Assembly (NCBI GenBank): GCA_035193785.1
Contig: CP136572.1
Coordinates: 3,988,578 to 4,052,577, forward strand
Direction: 5' to 3'
DNA from: Planktothrix sp. GU0601_MAG3
GTDB lineage: Bacteria > Cyanobacteriota > Cyanobacteriia > Cyanobacteriales > Microcoleaceae
Length of the DNA stretch: 64,000 nucleotides
Position numbers and translations under genes: made by a program. Under the pieces are notes generated by a model, which made no database searches, was not told the origin of the DNA, and saw only the letters and a list, made by a program, of their open reading frames with translations. Shown in pieces: positions 11,737 to 23,704 of this stretch (within the stretch, counting starts at the first letter, position 1; every line of letters starts with the position of its first letter).

Positions 11737-12118
11737 GGAACAAAAGCCTCAGATCTAATCTGTGAATTACAGAATGGCAATGATTCTGTTGAATGAAATT
11801 TGTAGTTGTGAAGTTTTCCTATCCAGAGGTCTTGAGAAATTGTAAACAGAGGCACCTGGCCATACAGGTAGCTAACGACCATACACCTGTTAATGGGGAA
11901 ACCTTCAATCTCTTGTTCCTCTATTCCTTCTCTAATCTTTGATCATTGAAAGCAATCAAAAAAGGATGGATTTGTTTTCGGATCGGTGATTTAACAACCC
12001 TGGAGTTGGTAAACTCCCCTCAAAGTGTTTTGACTTTCAGACAAAACCTGAGTTGTTATTTCAATTCTGGCATAACCTAGAAAATATTTATACATCTATG
12101 GCAATTTAATTTTTTACC

Positions 12119-12925
12119 ATGTCAGATGATTACTCTCGATCTCCCTCCAAATTCTTCCGGCGACAGGGGGCCGCCCTAGCTGCCGCGATCGCTTTTTATA
12201 CCTGTTTTCCCCTACCCCTCTCTTGGACGTTGGAGTTTCGGGGTATCGCCCGTTTAGCCCCAGTGGTGGGGATATTGATTGGGGGGATTTTAGGATTGAT
12301 GGATGGGGGATTATCCCTGTTAGGGTGTCCGGTCTTGACTCGCTCGGTATTAGTGATTATCACCGGAATTGGAATTACCGGAGGATTGCATTTAGATGGG
12401 GCGATGGATGCGGCCGATGGTTTGGCTGTGGCTGACCCAAATCGACGGCTGGAAGTGATGGCGGATAGCGTTACGGGAGCCTTTGGGGTGATGGCCGCGA
12501 TCGCGATCGTTTTATTGAAGGTGGCGGCTTTACAGGATGTGACGGCTGACCGGGGATTAATTTTAATGGCCGTAGCGGGTTGGGGACGGTGGGGACAGTT
12601 AGTAGCGATCGCCCGTTATCCCTATTTGAAAGCTACAGGAAAGGGAGCTTTTCATAAAGATACCCCCTATTCTTCCTGGGATTTAATTCCGGGTGTGCTG
12701 TTACTGACGGCTTTAAGTGGGGTTTTAGTGATTCTCCATCCCCAACGTTGGTTGGTAGCCGTGGGCATGGCCTTGGGGGGAAGTGCGATCGCTATTTTAA
12801 TCGGCGCTTGGTTTAACGCCCGTCTGGGAGGACACACCGGAGATACCTATGGGGCCGTGGTTGAATGGACGGAGGCCTTTTTATTAGTGTTGGTTGTGGC
12901 ACTTCAGGGGGAGCAGGGGAGGTAG
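12119..12925 (+). CDS. cobS: Adenosylcobinamide-GDP ribazoletransferase
   Basis: [29 protein letters not shown]; multi-TM. Confidence 0.92.
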   Translation: MSDDYSRSPSKFFRRQGAALAAAIAFYTCFPLPLSWTLEFRGIARLAPVVGILIGGILGLMDGGLSLLGCPVLTRSVLVIITGIGITGGLHLDGAMDAADGLAVADPNRRLEVMADSVTGAFGVMAAIAIVLLKVAALQDVTADRGLILMAVAGWGRWGQLVAIARYPYLKATGKGAFHKDTPYSSWDLIPGVLLLTALSGVLVILHPQRWLVAVGMALGGSAIAILIGAWFNARLGGHTGDTYGAVVEWTEAFLLVLVVALQGEQGR

Positions 12926-13140
12926 GGGAGCAGGGGAGGTAGGGGGAGCAGGGGGAGCAGGGGAGGCAGGGGAGGTAGGGGAGCAGGGGAGGTAAACTTT
13001 TGCTATTACCCATTCGTAATTCGTAATTCGTAATTCGTAATTTACTATTACCCATTCGTAATTCGTAATTCGTAATTTACTATTCCCCATTCGTAATTCG
13101 TAATTCGTAATTCGTAATTCCCTATTACCCATTACCTATT
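12907..13140. repeat. Compound repeat: 9-mer GGGGAGCAG/GGGGAGGTA array, then TTCGTAA/CCCATTA STRR
   Basis: Directly visible between two convergent genes. Confidence 0.9.
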
Positions 13141-13853
13141 CTATTTTTTCGATACCATTGAGCTAATTTTGTTGGGGAAATTCTTAGGTAATATCCGATA
13201 ACCATACACTGATTTATAAGTGTAGTTTTTAATATGCCTAACTTTTGCCACCGTCGTCCTGATGTAATCACAGAACTCGATAAAATCTCAATTTTCCCTA
13301 GACGATTTAAACGACGGATAAATTCAAAATCCTCCATGATCGGTTGTTCAGGAAATCCACCTATCTCCCAAAAAGTGGTGGCTTTGAGAAAAATAGCCTG
13401 ATCTCCGTAGGGCATTTGTAAATATTTTGAACGCCAGAATACGGTGGTTTCAATAAATCTTAAACTCCAATTTATAGCTTTAATTTTTAATTGAAATGCT
13501 CCGGCAATTATATTAGAATTGTTAAAGGTTTTTCGGATTTCTGTTTCAAATCCTTGAGGGAGTTGGGTATCTCCATGCAGAAATAATAAAATCTCCCCCG
13601 TGGCTATTTTTGCCCCCGTGTTCATTTGCAGTGCCCGTCCTCGATTTGTCAATATCACTTTCACCCCCAAACCTTGAGCTATTTGAACAGTATTATCCTG
13701 ACTTCCGCCATCAACAATAATGATTTCTATATTTTCTGCCCGTTGAATTGTAGAAGTTACCAAACCAATATTTTCCGCTTCATTTAAAACCGGAATAATT
13801 ATGGAAATTTTAGCAGATTCAGAATTAAAATTCATCAAGGTATTATTCAGCAA
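13125..13853 (-). CDS. Family 2 glycosyltransferase (TIGR04283-like)
   Basis: ISIIIPVLNE, VDGGSQD, GRALQMN, LFLHGD, PYGDQAIF, IMEDFE, TSGRRW. Confidence 0.9.
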   Translation of the reverse strand: MLNNTLMNFNSESAKISIIIPVLNEAENIGLVTSTIQRAENIEIIIVDGGSQDNTVQIAQGLGVKVILTNRGRALQMNTGAKIATGEILLFLHGDTQLPQGFETEIRKTFNNSNIIAGAFQLKIKAINWSLRFIETTVFWRSKYLQMPYGDQAIFLKATTFWEIGGFPEQPIMEDFEFIRRLNRLGKIEILSSSVITSGRRWQKLGILKTTLINQCMVIGYYLRISPTKLAQWYRKNRIGNG

Positions 13854-14007
13854 ATCATGTCAATTGATCAAATCCTTGATAATTTATCACATTTTCTGAG
13901 ATAATAATAACGATATAAAAAATGGGTTATATCAGCGAGTAACAACACTACAAAAAACGTCGTTGAACCGTTGGAACAAAACCCGCAACCCTGAAGAGGA
14001 ACAATTA

Positions 14008-15695
14008 ATGTCCGATAACCTAAGAAGTCAAGCCATTACCCAAGGAAACCCAACGCACCCCCAACCGTGCCATGTTGCGGGCTGTGGGATTTGGGGATCA
14101 AGATTTTGTCAAACCCATCGTTGGGATTGCCAATGGTTACAGCACCATCACCCCCTGCAATATGGGCATTAACGCCCTAGCATTACGCGCAGAAGCTGCC
14201 CTAAAACAAGCGGGGGCGATGCCGCAAATGTTCGGGACAATTACCGTCAGCGATGGCATTTCTATGGGGACTGAGGGGATGAAATATTCCTTAGTTTCCC
14301 GCGAGGTAATTGCCGACTCAATTGAAACCGCTTGTAATGCCCAAAGTATGGATGCGGTATTAGCAATTGGTGGCTGTGATAAAAATATGCCCGGGGCGAT
14401 GATTGCGATTTCCAGAATGAATATTCCGGCGATTTTTGTGTATGGAGGAACGATTAAACCCGGACATTATAATGGTAAGGATTTAACTGTTGTTAGTGCT
14501 TTTGAAGCCGTCGGACAATATAGTGCTGGAAAAATTGACGAAACAGAATTAATTGAAGTGGAACGTCGGTCTTGCCCGGGGGCGGGTTCCTGCGGGGGAA
14601 TGTTCACCGCAAATACCATGTCTTCTGCTATTGAAGCGATGGGAATGAGTTTAATGTATTCTTCCACCATGGCGGCAGAAGATGGGGAAAAAGCCGAAAG
14701 TACAGAAAAGTCAGCTTATGTGTTACGAGAAGCGATTAAAAATCAGATTCTTCCCCGTCAAATTATCACCCGAAAAGCCTTTGAAAATGCGATCGCTGTG
14801 ATTATGGCGGTGGGCGGTTCAACTAATTCGGTTTTACACCTATTAGCTATTGCTAATGCCATCGGAGTTGAACTGACAATTGATGATTTTGAAGCTATTC
14901 GCGCCAAGGTTCCCGTGTTATGTGATTTAAAACCCAGTGGTCGTTATGTTGCCACGGATTTACACAAAGCCGGGGGTATTCCTTTAGTGATGAAAATGTT
15001 ATTAGAAAAAGGCTTAATTCACGGGGATGCCTTAACAATAACTGGGAAAACTGTTGCCGAACAATTAGCCGATGTTCCCTCCGAAACCTAGTCCCGACCA
15101 AGATGTAATTCGTCCTTGGAATAATCCCATGTATGCTCAAGGACATTTAGCGATTTTAAAAGGCAATTTAGCCACGGAAGGTGCGGTTGCTAAAATTACT
15201 GGAGTTAAAAATCCAGTTATTACTGGCCCAGCCCGGGTTTTTGAATCGGAAGAAGAATGTTTGGATGCTATTTTAGCCGGAAAAATTAGCGCTGGCGATA
15301 TCATTGTTATCCGTTATGAAGGGCCGAAAGGCGGGCCAGGAATGCGGGAAATGTTAGCGCCAACTTCGGCAATTATTGGGGCAGGTTTAGGGGATAAAGT
15401 CGGATTAATTACCGATGGCCGTTTCTCTGGAGGCACCTATGGAATGGTCGTGGGTCACGTCGCCCCGGAAGCCGCAGTTGGTGGGAATATTGGTTTAATT
15501 CAAGAGGGAGATAGTATTACTATTGACGCCCATCAACGGTTACTGCAAGTGAATATTTCTGAGGAAGAATTAGCCCAACGTCGGCAAAATTGGCAAGCTC
15601 CAAAACCCCGTTATACTAAAGGAGTTTTAGCCAAATATGCAAAATTAGTTTCGTCTAGTAGTGTTGGTGCTGTGACGGATTTAAACTTAGGTTAG
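14008..15695 (+). CDS. ilvD: Dihydroxy-acid dehydratase; frameshifts at 14045 and 15083
   Basis: [54 protein letters not shown]. Confidence 0.95.
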
Positions 15696-15788
15696 ACCCC
15701 ATTTAATTCTAGGCGTGAAACCCCGTAGTGAGCCCTTCAGGGCTCATAAAAAGGGTTTAATTTTTAATGAGTGACTTCAAAGTTTACT

Positions 15789-16148
15789 TTATTCTTTATC
15801 ATCTTCATATTCATCAAGTTGTAATGTATATTCTAATGCTTCTTTTAACATCAATAAATAACTGGAGGAAAGAGTTCCTAACTTTCGGATAAGTCGTTGC
15901 TTGTCAATAACGACAATTTGATAACAAAGTGCAACAGATTCTTGAGTTAAACCCGCTTCACCAGCAGCGATAATAATTGTACCTGGTATTCTAGCCCGTT
16001 TATAATTACTGGTTAAAGGAACAACGACTACAGTTGTAGTAAAGCGGTCAAGCGTATTTCTTTGAACAACAATAACGGGTCGAATACCTGCTTGTTCTGA
16101 ACCACGACTTGGATTCAAATCAGCTAAATAAACATCTCCCCGCATCAT
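15789..16148 (-). CDS. PemK/MazF family toxin
   Basis: RGDVYLADLNPSRGSEQAGIRPVIVV..VVPLTS. Confidence 0.9.
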   Translation of the reverse strand: MMRGDVYLADLNPSRGSEQAGIRPVIVVQRNTLDRFTTTVVVVPLTSNYKRARIPGTIIIAAGEAGLTQESVALCYQIVVIDKQRLIRKLGTLSSSYLLMLKEALEYTLQLDEYEDDKE

Positions 16149-16402
16149 ATCACATCCTCTTGCTGAAGCTGATACAAATAATCGCTTAAAATCCCTTCTG
16201 AATAAGCTAAATCTTGATCATAAAACTCAGCTTTTATATCCGCAGCTTCTTGATCAGAAATACTATCCCAATCCTGAAATTGTTGTTTTTTATGCAATAA
16301 AAGTGCATATTTCAACACTTCTTCTTGCTTAGGTAAGGATAATTGGGATAAGACTTTCAACAGTTGGGACTGGACAATATCAGGTGTTTTTGTGATCATC
16401 AA
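16145..16402 (-). CDS. Probable cognate antitoxin
   Basis: 85-aa acidic ORF overlapping the toxin start by 4 nt. Confidence 0.7.
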   Translation of the reverse strand: MMITKTPDIVQSQLLKVLSQLSLPKQEEVLKYALLLHKKQQFQDWDSISDQEAADIKAEFYDQDLAYSEGILSDYLYQLQQEDVI

Positions 16403-16502
16403 ACCAACCTAACTAAGATTTTAAACAAACTTGATATATTTTAGATACCTATGGGTCAATTATAACCCATTTTATCAATATCTTTCATAAAGTTCCTCTC
16501 TA

Positions 16503-17412
16503 TTATTCAGCTAAATTCAACAATTCGGAAACTGTTACAAACCGATAGCCCCGTTTTTGTAATTCAGGAATCATAATCTTTAACGCCTTTATGGTTTCAG
16601 AAACGATTTCCGCCGCCATCGTGCATTAACACAATATCCCCTGGACGGGCTTGATTTAAGACCAGATTTGCTAATACAGCCGCTGTGGGTTTTTGAAAGT
16701 CTTTCGTATCAATAGACCACATAATAACAGCATAATTTTTACTGCGGGCATAGTCGGCGACGCCATTATCTAAAATGCCCCCAGGAGGCCGAAATAACCG
16801 GGTTTTTAATCCCGTAATTAACTGTAATTTTGCCGATGTATTTTCAATTTCTGCCTTAGCTTTTTGCAGTTCCATTTTGGGATAAGAATGCGTCCAAGTA
16901 TGATTCCCAACGGCGTGACCTTCTTGAACTACTTGCTTGATAATTTCAGGATATAAAGGTAAATTTTGACCTAAAACAAAGAAGGTGGCTTTAATATTAA
17001 ACTCTTTTAAAACGGTTAAGACCTTGGGTGTTTCCGGCCAGGGGCCATCATCAAAGGTTAGGGCAATAACCTTTTCTTGATTTCGGGGGGAAACACTATG
17101 AACCGTTTTCCCTTTATAGCGTTCTGGAATTAAAGAATAATAGGGTTTTTCTGGTTTCTTTAAACTCGGAGGTGGGAAAGGTTTTCTAGGAATAAAAGAG
17201 TCGGGTTTTCCTAATGGTGGAATTGTCGGATCTTCCATCCCATTTTCAACAGAATTAATCGGTTGTGTGATTACCGAATTTTCAGCTTGCATCCCAACAA
17301 TAGGCAAGGAGACAGCCACTTGTCCGGGATTAAAACTTAATATAAAGATTCCACTAACACCACCCAGTAGAATCTCTAACAACCTTGGGAAATTTTGGGA
17401 ACCAGTCATCAA
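16503..17412 (-). CDS. Polysaccharide deacetylase (NodB family); frameshift at 16600
   Basis: ALTFDDGP, GNHTWTH, FRPPGG, IVLMHDGGG; corrected tail ELQKRGYRFVTVSELL. Confidence 0.9.
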
Positions 17413-17478
17413 TTTTCAGCGTCAGGATAATCTGACTATAGACTACGAGACTTTCCCTCTAACTCCCGTAAATCTTAA

Positions 17479-17598
17479 CTAAATATGAGAATGTTCTTGG
17501 TCGGAAACGATCTCGGCTTCGTTGGGTGTTAGTGCGATCGCGAATAAAAATGACACTAACGGCCCAACAATGAAAATTGCTAATTCTAATCCGGTCAT
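17479..17598 (-). CDS. Putative 39-aa single-TM small protein (not in ORF track)
   Basis: MTGLELAIFIVGPLVSFLFAIALTPNEAEIVSDQEHSHI, preceded by purine-rich CAGGGGGTAG. Confidence 0.5.
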   Translation of the reverse strand: MTGLELAIFIVGPLVSFLFAIALTPNEAEIVSDQEHSHI

Positions 17599-17874
17599 GG
17601 TCTACCCCCTGTGGGTTGCGGTGTGGATTTACCCCTCGAATGCAGAGTTAATTATTAGTCCGATTTCTGACTAATTCTAGCCAAAAACCCGCTTCCGCAT
17701 CAGAGAGCGTGCTGATAATATCCTGGATATGATCTAATATACTCTAATCATCCTCATCCAGTATCTATTTCACTTCTGATCCGTCTTGATTTAACTAAAT
17801 CTTTAAATTCAGATCATCAACCTTTGCTAAATCTAAACTTTATTCATGAATCTTTACAAAAACTCTTTGAATAA

Positions 17875-20800
17875 TTAATCATATTCAAAGTTTTTCAATT
17901 TAGGAACTCCAAACCAAAAATCCGTGGGAATTAGAGGTTTTAGGGTCGGATCATGACCACCGACTTGATTGGCGCGGAGAATCCAGAGACTGGCTCCCAA
18001 TTGAAGGAAGATCATGGCAATTTTATCGTTAATTAATCGCGGTAATAATGAGCGCCAACTAGAGCTTAATCGGGATAGGGTTTTTAAGGGAGTTTCTTGG
18101 GTAAAACGCCCTAGGGTTGGAGAAACCGTATCGCCAATCTTTTCGAGCTTTACCTCTGGTGACTAAGATACTTTCTAAACTCGCAACTAATGTTCTTAAT
18201 TGAATGAATCGTTGGGTTTGTTCGTGGTGGGGATTTTCTCGCAACCATTTCATTAATAAAGGATTTAATTCAAATTGAGCTAACATCCGTCTTAAGGATA
18301 AATATAAGGCTTGACTGGAATCTTGAGAACAGGAATTAATTGCACTCACAAAGGTAGTTCCGGTTCCATCTCCCACCCGATATCGAGCGGTCATAATATC
18401 CAATTCATTAATAACAATATCTAGGGGAGAAAACTTGAATCCATTAAAGTCATAATCTTGGGTGAGGGGATCAAATTTAATTATAATATCGTTAAAGGGA
18501 CGAGATCCTAACCAACCAAATTGACGATCACCACTGTAGCGTGTCCAGTCTAAACTTCCCGAGATGATCCCATCACAATTGTGGGTATAAATTTGGCGAT
18601 ATTCGATGTTAAATCGCAGGTCTTGGGTAAGGCGATCGCGCACCACTGTAGCGATTCCATAGGCAAAATGTCCGAAGTAAATTCCAAAGGGAGTATGGTC
18701 GCCATTCGGCCCGCCAATGCCTCCATAAACGTGCATTAATAAAGCCCGATCTCCTTCTTTCCAAAGGGATTCTGGCACAATATAATGATCGGAATTATCC
18801 TGATTAGGGTTAAGGAAAATTGTCTTAACTTGTCCTGGGGGGGTAATTTTATTTTTCCAATATTCCCAGTTAATATAGTCTAAGGTTTTTTGTTTTCCTG
18901 AAATTACTAAATCGGGAGTCAGGGACAATAAACTATAGGGTGCGATCGCCTGTACTACAAACTGACCATCAATATTTTTTTGTCCGAAAATATACCATCC
19001 TGAAGCATTAACCGAAGATTGTTTCTAAATCTTGATTTACTGAAGATAAAATTCCATCTCGGCTAGGGACAACAGAGGGCAAATAGACCCTTTCTTCCGG
19101 GCCGTTAAATTGTTGAGATTGGGTATGATAATGGCGCACCAAAAAGATATCATTACCCAAATTTTCAATAAATCTCACTAGGGCATAAAATCGACCGGTA
19201 ATTTCAACGGGATCATGTTGAATATAAAGACTAGGGCGCTCTAAACCCGTATCTTTAAATGTTACAGGTTCTTTTAATACCACAATTACATCATCCTGGG
19301 GTCTAGCTCCGGCGATGGATTCTAAGGGGTCAACTTGTGACCAACCATTAATCCGATCGGGGTGAATATTTCCCTGGGATTTACTGATTTTAACTTGATC
19401 AATAAAGTTGACATTCTGGGTGACTAATTTAACTCTTTCGTTGACATTATTTCCTTGTAAATCCCATCTTAAATTAACAATTTGTCCGACTCGATGTTGA
19501 TGGGATGAATCGGTATGATAAATCTCAAACAACACGCCCTGCACCTGTTCCCGCTCTGATAATTTAGGTAAAATTAATCGACCAATCCAAGTATCCACGG
19601 GTTGATATAATTCGGGATCAAGAGTTTGTTGCACTGGATAATATGCAACTTGGTTAAAAGGGGCTTGTTTGTAGAGTTCGTAGTTACTAGATTTTTTGAA
19701 AATATTAGGATCTAGCCCAGTAATTTCCCAATTTTCTAATAAAATTCCAGTGACAATATCAACGGTTTGTTGCAGGTGAGTTTTGCCATTAGGGAGTTGA
19801 TTATCTCCCATCGGGCCACCCATCATATTGTGTCCCACTGGCCCCAGAGAAATAAAACTAATTTTGCCCCGCCGTTTAGCAAAATTCCAGTTTGATAACA
19901 GAGAAATCGGCCAACGTCCGGGGAAAATAATCGCCCCCACTTTTTCAACGCCATCCTTATCCCCAACTAGATGATAGAGATGTTTCTGTTACCATGGTTC
20001 CCGTATTTCCACTGATCACACCCGCAATGGAAATTACTGTAATCGGGGCTTTAATTGTACGTTTGAGAAAGGTTACAGCCCCCATGGACATTTGACCGCC
20101 GCCACTGTAGCCAATCAAAGTCACCGGAACTTGACTTCCCAGGGGATAGCCATAGCTGAGTAAACTATTATACAGAACTTGCGCCAGGCCTTGATTTTGA
20201 ATCGGGCCGTAACGAGGATCAGCCGAAACCGCTACGGAGACGACATTTCTGGCGTTAACGATAAAACCAATGGGGTTAGCCGGATTTTTAACGGCCATGG
20301 AGTCAATCAGTCGCCACAAAAAGGATAGGGGCCGATTTTCCGTTAAGGGTTTATTCGTCACAGAATAGGGCATAATCCCTTTAACAATAGCTATATTATC
20401 GGGAGTGGCAATGGCAAGGGCATCTAAAAAACGTTCAACTTCTGGTAAATATTGATAGGAGCCTTGATTGATTCCATCTAAATACATAACATAGTGATTG
20501 ACTGGAGTATCAATATTAGGATTTTCGACTAATGTTCCGGTATTTTTTAATGGTTGAACTCCATACCATCCTGCCCACCAAGTTAGGGATTCTAGCGGTG
20601 TTAGGACAATAGAAATTAACAGGGCAATAAAACTAAATTGAACTAATTTTAATCCCAATCTAAAGCTATGATTGAGTAGACTAAACCCTACTACTAAGGG
20701 GTTATTACTATTAGGATATAAAATTAAAACTAATATGAAGCCCAACAATGCCAGGGCTGCAAATTTAACGGTAGATGAACTTTTTTGTTTAGGAATATTT

Positions 20801-21489
20801 TCTTGTTGTTCGGCTTCTAACCAAATTTCTTTGCCGACGGTCAGAATTTGAGGCTCTTTCCCGTCGTACATAACCATTTCTTCTAATTTTTTCGGGTCAG
20901 TAATTAATGAAGTTCCTGCCACCGAATTAGACAACCAACGACTAAAGGCTAAAATCGGACGGCCAATTGTTCGTTGGACAATTTGTAGGACAACCCAACC
21001 AATTAAAGTACAAATAAAGACTGACCAATCTTCAAATCCAGCAATGCTTTCTAGTCCAACAAATTGAGCTAGTAAACTCCAAATTGAGAGGAATACTCCA
21101 ATCGCAATTCCCATGTAGGGTAAGGCTATTAAAAACCCTAACATTTGAGGGGCATAACTGAGTCCTAGGGTTCTAAAAATTAGATCAAAACTTAGAGAAA
21201 CATCAAAAAACAGGTTACTCGCAATCCAAATACTCCCGGCCCATAATCCATAACTTAAAGCAAAAACAATTGCAGAAATTCCTAAGCTGAGAAAAAAACG
21301 AATGGGTGTAACTTTATTAGCAAATAAAACAATACATTGTCCAACTGCTTGAGATAAACCGGCGATTAAAACAATAACTAATGCTACGGTGAGGCCATCG
21401 GGTAAGGTATTAATTTGATCAAAAACTTCTGGGTTGAGGGCAAATGCCCCCGAAACCAGATGCCAGAATTGGTTAAATGCGGTTTCCAT
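17875..21489 (-). CDS. About 1200-aa membrane protein: Yip1-like TM region, alpha/beta-hydrolase-like domain, large C-terminal domain; frameshifts at 19982, 19021, 18122
   Basis: Three track ORFs join into one frame after three single-base corrections; GYSGG nucleophile-elbow motif. Confidence 0.75.
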
Positions 21490-21632
21490 AAAACAAAAAT
21501 TTACAAAGATGCAATTGATGGTTTTTTAGTGGTCTCAAGTCTAACCTGAACGACCATAAAAAGCAATATTTAGAGTGACTTATGACTAAATCAATCTATT
21601 TTTCAACCGTTGAATAAATTTCCAGCCCTTAT

Positions 21633-22088
21633 TTACTGTGATGCAGTCGAAACAATTAAATAACTGATTGATAGGGCTAAAACCGCAATAGCCAGTCCAA
21701 TCAAATCTTCACCCCCTTTTTTATCGAGATCAAAAATAATAATTTTTCTTCCTACCGCAATTAAAGAGGTAACAATCACTAACTCAACTTGGATAACGTG
21801 CTTTTTCAAGTAGGATGAAATATTTTCTAAAATCTCTAGGGCAATCAAAATATTTAAGAATAATCCAAAAATTTCAAACAAAGAAGATTTAAAGATTAGG
21901 GTAGAATCCGTTAACAATTTTTGGGCTAAATATAAAATTAGTTGACCACAGCAGGCTACGATAATTATTATCATAGCAATTGACAGGGTTTTAGCGATCG
22001 CTACTTGAATTTCTTCTAATATCATTAAGAAATTTTCATCGCTAAACCAATGGGTGAGGGATTCAAAAAAAGTTCTTTTGCGTGACAT
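21633..22088 (-). CDS. PsiE family membrane protein
   Basis: LIALEILENI..Y, VIVTSLIAVGRKIII. Confidence 0.85.
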   Translation of the reverse strand: MSRKRTFFESLTHWFSDENFLMILEEIQVAIAKTLSIAMIIIIVACCGQLILYLAQKLLTDSTLIFKSSLFEIFGLFLNILIALEILENISSYLKKHVIQVELVIVTSLIAVGRKIIIFDLDKKGGEDLIGLAIAVLALSISYLIVSTASQ

Positions 22089-22381
22089 AGTGACCCGGGA
22101 ATTAGAGTTGGACAAATTAATATCAATATATAATTTATAGTCAGTTAATGCAAGATTATTTTTTAAAATTAATCCATCAACTCCAGAAATAGAGTTTCTG
22201 AAGTTTCTGAAGGGAGAAATATTGTTAAGTTCTGTAAATAAACAATAATTATTATTAAAATTCATCTATAGCAATCTTATTTTATTTGTGTAGAAATGTT
22301 GCATACAAAGTCTCTACAACAGTAAAGTAAGTATTTCACTATGGGTTAAGCGTCAGTAAAACTCAACGTCATCAAACCCTA

Positions 22382-23704
22382 TTATCCCTGTTTGGCTAAA
22401 ATCATATAATCGTCAATAGCATAACTTATATGCTGATTTAACTTAAAGTATTTTTGAAAAATGGGATGAATATAAGGCTGATAAGGCAATTTTTCACGAG
22501 CAAATTTTCCAAACTCAGCAGGAGTCATCTGCTCTGCAATTCCTGTAGATGTCAAATATTTATACCAAACTAATTTTAGACCCATTTCTTCAATAAAAGA
22601 TTTAATTACACTGTATTCTAGGTGATAATCTTGGCGATGTCGTAAATTATATGCTTGGAAAAGTTTCTTATCTTGAACAATGAATAACACATAACCGTCC
22701 GGTTGTAAACAGCGATTAAAAATATATTGAAAATTACTATTAGCTTTTTGTCTGAGTTGGGTTTGATAAAAGAAACAATGGGAAATGATAATAAAATTAA
22801 AAAAATTCTTAGGCATTTTGTCAAAATTAGACTTATTTCCTAATAGGTCACAGGTATCAAAGCGAAAATAAGCATTAGTCGGTTGGGGTTGTTGCTCAAC
22901 ATATCGGCGCCAAAATTGAAGTCCCCGATATTGAAATTTAGCTTGTTTTTCTAAAGAATAATAGGCAATTTGAAACTCCGAGGAATTCATCCCTGGATAA
23001 TTACTTCTCAGAAACAAATCTAAACCATAAATCATTGTCCCAGGGCCAGCCGCAATATCCAAAATATTGAGATGTTTGGGTAATAACCCGGTTTTGTAAA
23101 TTAAAAACCAGGCTAAATAAGCACCATAAACATGAGGTAAAAAATAACGAATTAAATATACATAAGGACTCAATTCAAAAACATATTTAGGATCTTCTCC
23201 AATTTTTAATAAATTCAAATCTTCAACGGCTTCTTTTAGGGAATATTCAAAATTTTTTCTTTGACTCATTTGTTTAAATTCATCTTCAATAAACTGAGCT
23301 AAATTTAACTCAAAATCATTAAAAATATCAGCATCAATTCCTGTACATTGGATTAAATTATCATCCGGCTCAATTAAATTAAATTTTTGAGTAATTCGAG
23401 CAATAATATTTTGATTGGGAATAATCAAATCTTCTTCCCGAAAATCAAACTCAGAGGGGAATAAATTTAATTGGGAAAAACTTTTAATTTGTTGCTTTAA
23501 TTGTAAGATTTCCTTCTGTTTTTGCTTTAGTTCATAATCGGTTTCTAACTTATCTTGAAATAACTTTTCTAACCCGGAAAGTTGTGTTTTTGAGCGTCGA
23601 ATCTCTTGTAAAATATTCCGAGCTTGTTGTTCATTTCCTCTCTGTAAAGCTAAAAATAACTTCAGAGATTGCCAACCCTGAATAATTCTATCAATCATAG
23701 CCAA
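22382..23704 (-). CDS. SAM-dependent methyltransferase-fold protein with N-terminal coiled coil
   Basis: Motif I ILDIAAGPGT; FNFIIISH; LQPDGYVLFI. Confidence 0.65.
   Translation of the reverse strand: MAMIDRIIQGWQSLKLFLALQRGNEQQARNILQEIRRSKTQLSGLEKLFQDKLETDYELKQKQKEILQLKQQIKSFSQLNLFPSEFDFREEDLIIPNQNIIARITQKFNLIEPDDNLIQCTGIDADIFNDFELNLAQFIEDEFKQMSQRKNFEYSLKEAVEDLNLLKIGEDPKYVFELSPYVYLIRYFLPHVYGAYLAWFLIYKTGLLPKHLNILDIAAGPGTMIYGLDLFLRSNYPGMNSSEFQIAYYSLEKQAKFQYRGLQFWRRYVEQQPQPTNAYFRFDTCDLLGNKSNFDKMPKNFFNFIIISHCFFYQTQLRQKANSNFQYIFNRCLQPDGYVLFIVQDKKLFQAYNLRHRQDYHLEYSVIKSFIEEMGLKLVWYKYLTSTGIAEQMTPAEFGKFAREKLPYQPYIHPIFQKYFKLNQHISYAIDDYMILAKQG

Noticed and set aside
11760..12118. Cobalamin riboswitch upstream of cobS
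   Set aside because: GGGGAAA is present, but the following GGTG..AA.CC and B12-box elements are not recognisable
12813..13132. ORFs of 80 and 82 aa on the minus strand, and 45131-45331
   Set aside because: These are translations of STRR arrays (ITNYELR, SPAPP, LFPVPYS)
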